Assembly: GCF_009914755.1 (NCBI RefSeq)
Contig: NC_060936.1
From: the human T2T-CHM13v2.0 reference genome, Homo sapiens
DNA length: 64,000 nucleotides
Reading direction: 5' to 3' (one strand)
Below the pieces are notes generated by a model. The model was not told the DNA's origin, made no database searches, and worked only from the letters and a program-made list of their open reading frames with translations. Of the stretch, positions 19,281 to 35,439 are shown piece after piece (the stretch's first letter is position 1; each line of letters opens with the position of its first letter). The translations under genes and the position numbers were made by a program.

Positions 19281-19881
19281 GTCCTGCAGAGCAAGATTAC
19301 TTTTTACATTTCTTCAAGTTAATTTGGCTAAAAATACCATACCTTTATGTGTTTAAGATTAGTAGAGGATTAAAAAAAATTATTACTAAGTTGACCAGCC
19401 GTAATTTAAAGGTAATTAATATCCTGAAACTAAAATTCCACTGTGATAGAGAAAGAAAAGTGGACCCCAGAATCAAATTGTAGTAATAGGATAACAGAGT
19501 CAGTAGCAATAAGGAATGGGCAAAAGAATAAAAAAAAGAAAGAGGAAATGGAAAGGGAAAAAAAGTGCAATCAATTATTTGAAAAACAAATTAATGGGGA
19601 CAGCTGGAATCAAAGTTCAGGGTGAAATACATAGCCAATTCAAAGAAAGGAAAGAAATGATGTAAAAATTCACTATTAATTCCACTATGAAAATATTAAA
19701 AGCAAAGACAAATGCAATGTGGAATATTTAGAAAAAGGAAGTTAGACATAGAGATAAGATAAAAGAATTCAAAGTCAGAGAAGGAATAGGGGAAATAGAA
19801 GATAGTGACACTCAAACTCATTACCTATAATGAGCAAAACAGGCTAAGCACAAGTCATCAGGTAGGTCTAGGTTTTCTTAC

Positions 19882-19963
19882 CAAAAAACTGAGACAGTAG
19901 CTGAAGGCTTCAGCACCTGGATGTCTCCACGAGTCCTGTCTGGTCCCCACACTTAGCCACAGT
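19882..19963 (-). other. C3AR1: C3AR1 non-coding exon 1 (5'UTR); TSS approximate
   Basis: Minus-strand donor GTAAG (cttac at 19877-19881); spliced 5'UTR ...CTCAGTTTTTTG|AAGTTTAGCAATG matches the mRNA as recalled. Confidence 0.85.
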
Positions 19964-20130
19964 GAAGTCATGAAGTATGGCAAGAAAATTTGCTGAGCTT
20001 TCTCTTCTTCTGTTCTCTCTCTGTTTCCGGCAATAAGTTAAGTCTTATGCTCTAGACCACTATCTGACCTCACAGGAAGAGTTTCAAAGTGAGTCATTTC
20101 TAAATGGCTTAGAAAGGCAAAGCAGGAAAA
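19964..20130 (-). promoter_or_regulatory. C3AR1: C3AR1 proximal promoter (CpG-poor)
   Basis: AP-1 TGAGTCA 20090-20096; ETS cores CAGGAAG 20073-20079 and TTCCGG 20025-20030; GATA ctatct 20060-20065; Maf half-site 19985-19997. Confidence 0.7.
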
Positions 20131-21173
20131 CAGAAGTAGGAGTTTATAATCCTGAGACATTTTCTGCAGCACACAGAGAATGGTTAGAGAGAGGGTACCT
20201 CTGTACATAGGGTTCAACTTTATAGGTTTTGTTTAGAAATGAAAAAAAAAAGACTCTATGAGATGTGAGGGTTGGAGTGGGGAGTGGTTGGGGAGGAATG
20301 ACCTGAATAAACTCATTTAATTAATCTCAAATAACATATCTGAAATGCTTGATATATGTGAAAAACGGTGCCATGTCAAAATCAGGATGAATTAAGCTAT
20401 ATTCTAATCTCCAGAGATTCACAATCGAGTGGGAATATGTACCCATACATATACACACAAAGCTGTAATACAAACTAGGCTATAATAATAGAAGTAACAA
20501 TAGAAGTAAAATAATAGAACACTCTAGCCAGGGGTATATATAACCCAGGGCAATCTAGGAGAGTCTTAAGATAGAAATAAGATGTGGGCAAGTACTTAAT
20601 TAAGTACCTGTAGGAATTCTAGAGACAGAAAAAGGTGAAAAGCTGCTTAGGCTATAAGTGGAGCCTAGTCAAAGGCAGGTAGGTGGTAGAGGGCAGGTAG
20701 GTGGGGAGGTAGGTGGGAGAGCTTAGTGGTCACTGGAGAACAGGCTGGAGTCTAGGTGCTGTTTCATCAGGAAGGAGTACAGAAGACTGAAGGTAATTCC
20801 TGCTTAATGAATACTATGCTGTAAATAATTCTTATATTATTCTTTTAGATATATGCATATACTCTTTTAGATATATGCATATAAAATAAAGTTTATTTGG
20901 GTCAAATGTATTTGAACACTGTTGTCTGTGATATAGGCTTCAGTCTATATTAATCAACTTGTCCAAACCATAATATCTGCTCCTCTGCTTGTTTGCAGTC
21001 AAGTCACCACGGAATATTTTTGAGGCAGAAAGATCAAAAGAAAAATGCCAAGAGTTGAGTAGTATTTATTAGTTTATTTCCATTGTCATCATCTAATTAC
21101 AAAAATAGAACATACTTTGTTCTAGAAGAGATAAATTGAAATAATACAGAATTATAATGGGTAAAAAAAATGA

Positions 21174-21586
<413 letters not shown>

Positions 21587-21934
21587 TAGTTTTGAACATA
21601 AATGGGATGGTAATTTATGTGTGATTTTATGTCTTGCTTTTTTACTTAACAATATATCAAAACATACTTCCATGTTAGTACATATAATCCTATTGATTAT
21701 TTTGGGTTTTCTTTCCTCCAATATTTGGAAATATTGAATAATATAGGTATCCAGAAAGCATATAAAATGTAGGATTATCATATATGTACATATATATCTA
21801 ATTAAAATATATTTTATAAAAACAATTAATTCCCCATGGTAAAAATTAAATATGAGAAGATTAAAGTAAAAACCAAAATTTCCTAAACACCTAGCTATCC
21901 TCTTTCCACTTTCCAGATGTAGTCTCTCTCTTAA

Positions 21935-22259
<325 letters not shown>

Positions 22260-22734
22260 TGATCTGCCCACCTCGGCCTCCCAAAGTCCTGGGATTACAG
22301 GCGTGAGCCACTGCGTGCGGTCCCAAATTATACTTTTTAAGTTGCTCCATATTATTCCACTTACTTAATTATTTTTCGTGGAATATTGTTTTTATCCAAT
22401 TTTAAATGATTATAAACAAAACTCAATGAGCACTATAGTATTTACATGTATTTCTGTAGAATAGAGTTTTAGAATTGGAATTGCTAAGTCTAAGAGCACA
22501 CACTTTTACATTTTGAAAGATACAGAATTTTCCACTAAAGAGACTTCACAAATTGTCACACTAAGTTCAGTACCATAAACATATACTCTGCTTCTGCTCC
22601 TGCTCCTGATACAGTGTGTTGCACTGCGGAAGATGGAGGAGGAATGAGAGATGTATATAACTGTAATACAGTAGGGGCTGTTAGGAGGGCACAATACACC
22701 CTGGGAATATGAAACCGTAAGAGACTAATTCTCA

Positions 22735-23187
<453 letters not shown>

Positions 23188-24510
23188 TTAGCTGGATGTT
23201 ATACAGCAATTTAAACTGGTTCAAGAGCTCCCAGCTGTGTTCTTTGGATTTTTCAGGAAGAAAATTACTAAAAACTTGTTGTGAATAGTGCTCCTGTTTC
23301 TGGATGACCTCTCTCTCTTCTTAAAAAGTACTGGTTGTTTTGTGGTGTATTGTGGAAAGCTCTGAGGAAGTTATGTGATTCACTTCTGTTTTGTTCTATT
23401 CTGAATATCTAAATATAAATTTCTAAAAGCAGAGATCAGATGCTTTGGAAAAAAGAAAATTTGAATGTATGTTGCAAAGGCAGCCATATTAAAACCTTTT
23501 ACCAGTCACTTGACTAATTCTACACTGTAATTGATGGAGATCTGTATTAAAGCTTGTTTGGCCAAAATAAAAATGTTAGAATCACAGATCTCTAGCTTGT
23601 TTTCTCTGAGAGAGTTAAATACATTATAAAGTTACTGTCCTTAAAGACTTCAACAAAAAATGATTAAATCCGTTATTAGATAATTTGTAGTAACCTATGC
23701 TCTAAATTAAATATAACTAAGTGCCAAAAACTGTGGATGACACAGACAAATGCAATGGCTGGTCAGCAAAGGGTAAGATTGATTGATGGTGGCTAGAATT
23801 AGCTGGAAAATTTTTATGGAAGAAAAGATTCATGAGGTGAATAGAGCACTAGACCAGGAATGTGGAGACATACATTTGACTTTCAGTTTTGTAATAACTA
23901 CTCGACCTTGGGCTAGATACTTGACCTAGAAATTTGTTGTTGTTTTCTTAGGTGGAAAATTAAAGGTTGGATTAAATGGTCTTTCAGGTTTCTTTTACAT
24001 CTAACAATCTATAATTCTCTCATTTGAGCAGGGAGATTGAAGCTGAGAGGGCATTTCAAGGGAAAAGCATGAGCACATATTAAGGGGGAGGTGAGCCCAA
24101 CACAACTAAATGGCACAGGTACATGGCGTTGGTGGGAGTAAAAAGGGTATTCTAAGGACTAAGGGAGGGCAGGTAGAAAGCCTGGGTTTAAGTCTCAACT
24201 TTGCCACTTACTAATTGTGTTACTGAAAATAAGCTTCTCACACTGTATGTTCTCGTTTTCTTATCTGCAAAACAGGGACTGTGTCAGATATCATCTATCG
24301 ATACTCAAGCCGCCCACACCCTTCCTTATTATCTATTAGAAACCTATGGACTATGTCTCCTCTACCTTCTCTCCAGCTGGGTTCTGAATAGGATCTTCCG
24401 GAAGGACATGTTCATGTGTCAATGGAAAGTAAGGAGAAAGGGGAACTATTGCTTTTAATTTCATAACTTGGTTGTGCACAGAGATTGCAAATCTATTTTA
24501 AAAGTAAAAG

Positions 24511-25370
<860 letters not shown>

Positions 25371-25523
25371 TTAAAAGCAAGTGCATGCTTGCCTATTCTA
25401 GGTAATATCCTTTTCCATTTTTTCTCTTCCAATTGTAGGAAAGCATCCTCCTGCAGTAATTGATACACAGCTAATATCATCTTTTCACTTTTTATTCCTC
25501 TACTTCTTTTGACACTTCTGTAG

Positions 25524-25898
<375 letters not shown>

Positions 25899-26598
25899 TG
25901 ACTAATTCAGGGAATATTCTCTACCTACTCTATAGTATTGTCAGGAGTAGATTAACAGACACACAAAGCTCTTAAAACAGTACCAGCATATACGGAACTT
26001 AACAAATATTAGCCATTATTATGTCAAAAAACTAATGTGAATTACAGTTGCTTATTAGATCAAAATTATTTTCCATCTTAGACAAGTGGCAAATAATTTA
26101 CAAAATGTTCCCTTCCCAGTGTGAAATCATACCCTTTTTGTCAAGTCAAATTCTAACCTATGGCCCTCAAAGATGTAGATTAGATGTACTCTTTCCCCGC
26201 TAGAGTATAACTGCCTAATTATCCACATAGTTATGGTAAAGCCAAGTAGGAACACAAATTGAAGAACAAAGTTGCCCAGAAATTAAAAATAATTCAGTTA
26301 AAAAGTAAATAAAATAAAAAACTGTTAACTCTACCATAATAACAAGTATCTATGCCTGGATCTTGAAAGAAATCAGCCAAATTTGGCATGATAACTCAGA
26401 CAAATCTTAGTGATTTAAAGAAAATCTAACAAACTTTGCTTATTCTATCGATTTATTGGTTTTTGACTTTCTATTATAGAGTGTATCTAGAATAGCCAGG
26501 TAGGAGAGGCTGAAGTGGAAGTAAACTGAATGTAGGTACATGTTTCATTAACACCCTTTGTGACTTTAGTTCTATAAAGGCAAAAGTGAACAAGGAGA

Positions 26599-27065
26599 TA
26601 AGGGAGGAGACCACCCCTCATATTGTCTTATGCCCGATTTCTGCCTCCAAAGAAAGAAGAAGTAAAAACTAAAAGGCAGAAATGGAATCCACAAGCAGAC
26701 AGCCTGGTGCCACACCCTGGGCCTGGTAGTTAAAGATCGACCACTGACCTAATTGGTTATGTTATTTATAGATTACAGACATTGTATAGAAAAGCACTGT
26801 GAAAATCCCTGTCCTGTTCTGTTCTGATCTAATGACAGTGCATGCAGCCCCTAGACACGTAACCCCTGCTTGCTCAATCGATCACGACCCTCTCAGGCGG
26901 ACCCCCTTAGAGTTGTGAGCCCTTAAAAAGGACAGGAATTGCTCACTCAGGGAGCTCGGTTGTTGGAGACGTGAGTCTTGCTGAAGCTCCCAGCCGAATA
27001 AAGCCCTTCCTTCCCTTCTTTAACTCGGCGTCTGAGGGGTTTTGTCTGCGGCTTGTCCTGCTACA
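26599..27065 (+). mobile_element. Solo LTR2 (HERV-E, ERV1)
   Basis: Starts TAAGGGAGGAGACCACCCCTCATATTG, ends GTCCTGCTACA; internal CTTAAAA TATA-like box and AATAAA; 4-bp TSD GAGA at 26595-26598 and 27066-27069. Confidence 0.9.
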
Positions 27066-27175
27066 GAGACAAGTCTTCTGTGTATGTCCAACTGATCTAA
27101 TGAGAAGTCATAGAAGCTTTTTTTTTGGAGGGGAGACAGAATAGAGGACTACTGAGGGGTAGATGGCTCTCGTCA

Positions 27176-27800
<625 letters not shown>

Positions 27801-28479
27801 TGATCCACCTGCCTCGGCCTCCCAAAGTGCTGGGATTACAGGCGTGAGCCACCGTGCCTAGCGAGAAAAGGTTTCAAAGTGGCAATTATATTTTAGTTGT
27901 TATGTTCTGTTGTATATCTTCTGAAGTGCCAAAATATCAATTGTATCATTGTTTATATTTCCCTAAACAAACATAATACTTATTTCAAATGCTAGTTAGT
28001 ATTAGTAATAACGTACACAGGATGGTTTATTAACTAGGCTCTGTGCTAAGCACTTCATTGGTTGTATGCCGTTTAACTCACGCAGCAACCCAATGATGAG
28101 ATAGGTAACTCATTGTCAAACAGGACACTGACATGCAAAGTAGCTATTTACCTAAGTTCACACCACTATGTAAATGACAGAGCTAGAACCAAAGAGCTGG
28201 CCTCCAGAGCTTCTGCTGTTAGCTGGAATGTTTCCCTAAAAGTGAATACTCTCATTATTTTAGGCAGTCATATTTTATAAAGTCATGGGGAACACATCAA
28301 ACGATCAATACTTTTTTTTTTTTTTGAGACTGAGTCTCGCTCTGCCTCTCAGGCTGGAGTGCAGTGGCGCAGTCTGGGCTCACTGCAATCTCCACCTCCC
28401 GAGTTCGAGCGATTTTCTTGCCTCAGCCTCCTGAGTAGCTGAGATTACAGGCGTCTGCCACCATGTACGACCGATCAAT

Positions 28480-29175
<696 letters not shown>

Positions 29176-30043
29176 ATAACAAGTATCTACTGTAATCGCT
29201 GTAACTATTGTATATTCTGTCCCTTTTATAGATGAAGAGGTTGAGGACAGAAGGAAAACATTATTGACAGAGAATTGCATATTGGTTAACGACCTGGGTT
29301 TAGAGATAATTAGATATATGTCTACCACTTATGGCTGTGGACAAATTATTTAATCACAATGTATCAGTTTCTTCATCTGTAGAGTGGGCATGATCATAAT
29401 AGTACCTATGTCATATGATTAGTGATATAATGCATATAAGCATGTAGAACAGGACTCAGTACTTGATAAATGTTAGTTATTACTATCATTTAACCATAGA
29501 CATAGCAATGCTAGTAATACATACAAACATTTAACTATAAGTTATAGTCAGCTGTTGCTTTGGTACCAGGAATTTCGGGTTCTGTTCCTGACACTTAAAT
29601 ATTAGATGAGCAAGTCACTGACCTTTCTGTAACTCAGCATACTTTTTATGAAAATGGGAATAACATTACCTACTCTACGAGATTGTTGTGAGAAATAAAT
29701 GAGATAGTATGCGTGAAAGCATTTTGTAATCTTAAAGATCTGATATCAATATTACGTAATATGATCGTCATTATTATTATACAGAATGTTTATTGTTAAA
29801 ATCGGTATCTGAGAACTTAGTTGCTCACCATAATTTATTGTGTGTTATATCATATATTTGGAAGAATGCATATAATTAATAGATACATTCTGAATAATAA
29901 AATTACCATCCATGAGCTTACCATTCAGCATCAGAAATAGAATGCTACCATTTTCTCTCAAGCACCCTCTGCAAACTACCCTGATCTACCTCCTGCACCT
30001 CCTTACCAAGTAATCACAACTGGAAATTTTGTATTTATCATTT

Positions 30044-30284
30044 TCTGTTTTTTTGAGACAGAGTTTCGCTCTTGTGTGCAGGCTGGAGTGCAATGATATT
30101 TGTTAATGGTATTTGTGCAATGGCACGATATTTGTTAATGGTATTTGTGCAATATTTGTTAATGGTATTTGTGCAATGGCATGATCTTGGCTTACGGCAA
30201 CCACTGCCTCCTGAGTTCAAGTGATTCTCCTGCCTCAGCCTCTGGAGTAACTGGGATTACAGGCACTTGCTACCACGCCCAGCC
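30044..30284 (-). mobile_element. Single-arm Alu with 14-bp TSD and an internal triplicated insert
   Basis: TSD tgtatttatcattt at 30030-30043 and 30285-30298. Confidence 0.85.
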
Positions 30285-32217
30285 TGTATTTATCATTTCC
30301 TTACATTTCATAAAATGTTTACACAATCTTAGATTTGCCTTTTTTTGAAGATTGTATAAATGGGACAGTTTTATTTTTAAATTTATTTTCCCCGCTTAGT
30401 ATTTTATTTTTGTCATCTATTCATGTTGATGCACACAGCAAGTAGTTCATTTGTGTTCACTATTTATACTATCCCATTGTTTGTTCTAATGATGGACATT
30501 TATTTCCAATGTCTTGCTATTATAAATAGTAAACAGCACTGCAGTGAAATTCTTGCGCATTTTTCCTACTGTATATTTGCAGGAGTTGCTCTACCTAAGT
30601 AGGGAATTCAGGGGTAATGAGGTATGAGCATATTCCATTTTACCAGATACTGCCGAAGTTCCCATTGCCCCACATCCTTACCGGCACTGGGTATTGACAG
30701 ATATTTAAATTTTTGACAATCTGGGGTGTAAGAAATGTCCTCTAAGGCTCTTCAATGAATAAGCTCATCACTCTGGAAATCAGCTATTTCCTTAGTAAGT
30801 CATCTGCACTCTAGTAACCATAGCAGGTAGTAGAAATTCTTTCTGCTGGGTTTTCGTTTGATGGTGTAGTAGGGGGATGATGGAGTTGGGGGAAAAAGCA
30901 GATATCTTTAGTTTTCGGGCCTGGTCCTTCTCCTAATTACACCCAGCACCTGCCAGATGCCTCACATCCTCATTAAGCAGCGGAGAGTCACAAAGGGTGA
31001 GTCATTGCTGTAAATCTCCCTGGGGCCAAGTTTTATTCATGTTCTGAAGCTATTATATAGCTTGGACATGTAGGAGGAAAGGATATTTCCCTTAAATCAT
31101 CAGGAAACAGAATTCTAACTTAAAGTGTCCCAAGTGAGACGTATCCTTTGCTTTTCAGGCTGTAGAACCTGATGTCTTTTCTTCATGAATAGTATTAATA
31201 CTAAAGTAGCTTTGATCCTAAGTTCTGTAGTTATAGGACTCTCAATCTTTTTTATTTTTTTCTCTCTCTAGGTTTCTAGATTATTGTCATTTAAACTACA
31301 AATATTGATTGAACACCTACCATGTGCCAGGCACTGTTCTAGGTGTTGGGGATACAGCAGTAAATAAATCAAAGTTAGAATTCATTACCCCTCAGATTTG
31401 AAGATTGTCAAATTTACAAGCAAAGCCAGTTTAACCTGACACAGCAGCTACAGCACAACACTGCAGAGCAAGGAGTAGGTATGGCTAGATTTAGGTCAAT
31501 GGCTGACTTTAACTGCTATTTGATTAAAATATGAGATCATGGTAAGACCAACACAGCGTTTTCAACTTTAAAAAATGTTCGTTTTTTGAATTGTTGAAAT
31601 TGATGGAGGCCTTACCTATCTCACAGTGGAAAGAGTGTTAGTTTGTAAATCATGAGATATGAAGTTCTGATCCTGACTGCATCACCAACTATGTCTTTGG
31701 ATGAGATCTGAACTGAAAGGTTACTAAGGTCCACTCTAGCTAAAAAAAATCCTGTAAACTATGATTCGAATCTCATTACAATTTTTATTACCACTGCATG
31801 TGTAGCAACTTCAGGATTTAGGAAAATTATACTTTAACAAATACCATTGATAGCAGTACCCTGAGCAATGATAAGTCAGAATTTAATCTGTGATAAATAC
31901 CTTTTTGTGTGTGCGTAAAGAAGAGCTGGGAAATATGTTACTGGTAGGGCTAAGTTAAGAAAACCATAAGTTATTTTCATGTTTAAATGACATCTAAAAG
32001 TGACCAAGATTTGAGATGGGTAAGGCCTCCATGAATTTCAACAATGCATTTAAAAAAACAAGCTTTTGTTAAACTTGGTTAAATCATATACTTACAAAGC
32101 CACATACAAGAACACTAGCTTGACTTAGCACAGTCTACTCAGCCCAGAACCTGTGAGCTGTGTAGCTACTACCCCCCGGTGGTGGGCAAAGATAAGTTCG
32201 AGACAAGACATTTTTAA

Positions 32218-32536
<319 letters not shown>

Positions 32537-34618
32537 TAATTATTTTGATTGGGAAAGAACAAATCATCCCTGTTAAGGCAGGCTGAAATGATCATTCATT
32601 TAGCAAATAAACATACAGAGTTCTTACTATAGTCTGAAAACTGTGCTAGATACTGGGAAAACACAAACCTGTTTCTTTCCCTTGGAAAACAGAGATGCCA
32701 ACAAGCAGTTGAATGCAATGTGCTAAGAACTAAAACAGCTGTACAAATGTTGTGGGAGCATAGAGGAGGCAGTTACCAGTTCTATTTAGAGAAGTTGAGG
32801 AAAACTTCTGAGATAAATTGATATTTAGATTAGATCTAAAGGCATCTTACCAAGGAATGAACGGGAAGTGCATTTCAGTCTGGACAAATATGTTCAGCAT
32901 GAATAAAAATGGCATGTATGGAAAATTATGGCAATGTGATCAGTTAAGCTAGAGAAGACATCGTGGGTGAGAGTGAGGAAGACTGTATTTTTTTCTGTTT
33001 CTGTTGAGATGAAGCAAGAGAAGGGAAATTTAAATTTATATAAAGAAAAAACATGGTTAAGTAAGGGTTTTTTTTTTTTTTTTAGGTGAAAGGACTTGAA
33101 TATACTTACATGGTGAGGGAAAGAGGTGAATGGAAAATGAGTTTTAAGATACAGGAAAGAAAGGAGATAACTGATTAACCAGGTCCCTGAGGAGATTGGT
33201 CCCTGAGGAGAATCCAGGGCACACACAAGTGGATAGGAGAAAGAATAGATGAAGATGCAGATAGGAGTATGAATAGGGTGTCATTAAGTTGAGAGAGTTC
33301 ACACAAACTTTATTTTCTTAGGGAAGTAGTAAGATGTTTTACCTGTCAAGAAAGAAAAAGAGAAGACTTAGAGTTGAAGGCCTGAAAGGGCAGCAAAATT
33401 TGGAACAACCATTAAAGGGAATGAAAATAAAAACTAGCAATGGCAAATCTGGGTGTTAAGGGCAAAGCTGAGACTCAAACCCATAAACTTTTAGGGACAC
33501 CAATCTTTATAATTGTGTGATTTGCTTTTGGAGAATGATGGAGGGAGATGGTTGGAATATATAAGACTGGAGTCTTTTGGGTTGGCTGTGATGGAAAGAC
33601 AAAGAGGAAAGGAAACTTAAGGATGCTGGCAAGAGAACTGTTGAAACAAGGAGATGGGAGGAATAAAGAGAAGGCTAACAATGTGCAGAACATGAAGAAG
33701 AACAGGTGAGGTAGAAAAGAGAGGTAAAGATAGTTAGAATTTATGTCAAGAGATTGTATGGCTAGGAAGAGTTAACTATATGGGCTTTGAAATCTCTAAA
33801 AGATTTGGGAGAAGAGGAAGAGTATAAACTAGTAAGAAGGTGAACCAGAAGCCAGAATCCTCCAAAAATGATTGCCAGTGATAACACAGAACAGAGAAAA
33901 AAAAAGAGGTACAATGTGGTGTAGTCATATGACCTAGGCTTCAGATGAGATCATAGGGTCAGAAATAAGGAACAACAAGTAATAAACCACTTTTCTGTCT
34001 TTATTTTTCTTTTAACATGTATTCAGTGACAATAATAGCTATATAAATCTTAAACAACAGAGAAATATATGGAGGAGAAAATAAGTTTCTTTCCCCCACT
34101 TAGCCTTATATCCTTTGAAAGCCTTCTCAATGCATTTACATGCATGCATATATAATTTTGGGGTGTTTCGACAAAAGTTGATAATGCTGTATGTTTTTTG
34201 CAGTTGGCTTTAAAAAATCTTGGATCTCTTTCAATGGCTAACCCTTTAGTTCAAAACATCTCATAGTAATAGATATACCATTAACCATTTCCCATTGATA
34301 GATGGTCATTTTGTTTCCATTTTTTTCACTATTACAAACAATGCTGTAGTATTATTGTACATACTTTTTTGTGCATATAAGGATTTCTCTACAATATTTA
34401 TTAGTGAAACTGCTAAATTGAAGATTACGTCCAATTAATATTTTGATAAATTCTGTTAATTTCCCTTTTAAAAATGCCGTGCCAATTTACATTCCTGCCA
34501 ACAGTGTATGAGATTAGACTGTTCCTCACGTCCTCGCCAGGGATAAATGTGGTAATTCTTTTTGAAATTTAAGATATCACTTTCCAAGGTGGAGCAGACA
34601 AATTAGAGGCAGGTTTGC

Positions 34619-35018
34619 TTTTTTTTTTTTTTCTCATTAAACTTTTTTAATGGGTCTCAAAATTCTGTGACAAATTTTTGGATGTTTCCATTAAAAAGTA
34701 CTGATTTAAAAAACTAATAACTTAAAACTGCCACACGCAAAAAAGAAAACCAGTGGTCCACAAAACATTCTCCTTTCCTTCTGAAGAAGAAAACCAGTGG
34801 TCCACAAAACATTCTCCTTTCCTTCTGAAGGTTTTACGATGCATTGTTTTCATTAACCAGTCTTTTACTACTGAACTTAAATGGCCAGTTGAAACAAACA
34901 GTTCTGAGACCGTTCTTCCACCACTGATTAAGAGTGGGGTGGCAGGTATTAGGGATGATATTCATCTAGCCTTCTGAGCTTTCTGGGCAGACTTGGTGAC
35001 CTTGCCAGCTCCAGCAGC
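34619..35018 (-). pseudogene. 5'-truncated processed retrocopy of EEF1A1 (last ~18 codons + 3'UTR + poly(A))
   Basis: Minus strand encodes AAGAGKVTKSAQKAQKAR* (EEF1A1 ends AQKAQKAK*), followed by EEF1A1-like 3'UTR (CCCTAATACCTGCCACCCCACTCTTAATCAGTGGTGGAAGAACGG...), ATTAAA at 34646-34651 and T14 at 34619-34632. Confidence 0.92.
34743..34830. repeat. Perfect 44-bp tandem duplication within the EEF1A1 retrocopy
   Basis: aagaaaaccagtggtccacaaaacattctcctttccttctgaag at 34743-34786 and 34787-34830. Confidence 0.95.
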
Positions 35019-35439
35019 GGTGAAGACTGCTGCTGTTGTAATGAGGCAGGCTTGAGTTTCTGTCTCAGTTTTGCCACTTGCTATCTGTACTGTCAGGGTG
35101 TTGTGGTTAAGTTTACCTTTGGGGCGCAGAAAAAGCATATTTATGGTGAGAGTTCGGTAGCATTTATCATTATAATAGAACTGGGAGCTAATATAGGCCA
35201 TTAGATAGTTCATTATGCTTCCGATTTTATCAGGAATTGGGTTGATCCCACGTATAGTCTATTTAACAGGATCAAATTTTCCAAAAAGATAATCGGAATA
35301 CACGCCGAAAGTGTGGCAAAACATTTTAACAGGTGTCGTCCTGAAAAATCGGAGATAAAGAGTGTAAGGCACTAAATCAAGTTGGGTGTTTTCAGCGTTT
35401 AGACTCTGGAGAGTTGAAATCCACGGTGTCTATGACCAG

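Noticed and set aside
20838-20884. Short ~22-bp tandem duplication (a similar 18-bp one at ~62109-62146)
   Set aside because: Ordinary slippage duplications with no functional cue.
30096-30176. Direct repeats superficially like a CRISPR array
   Set aside because: Primate DNA, inside an Alu, with spacers of only 0-8 nt; treated as a duplication scar.
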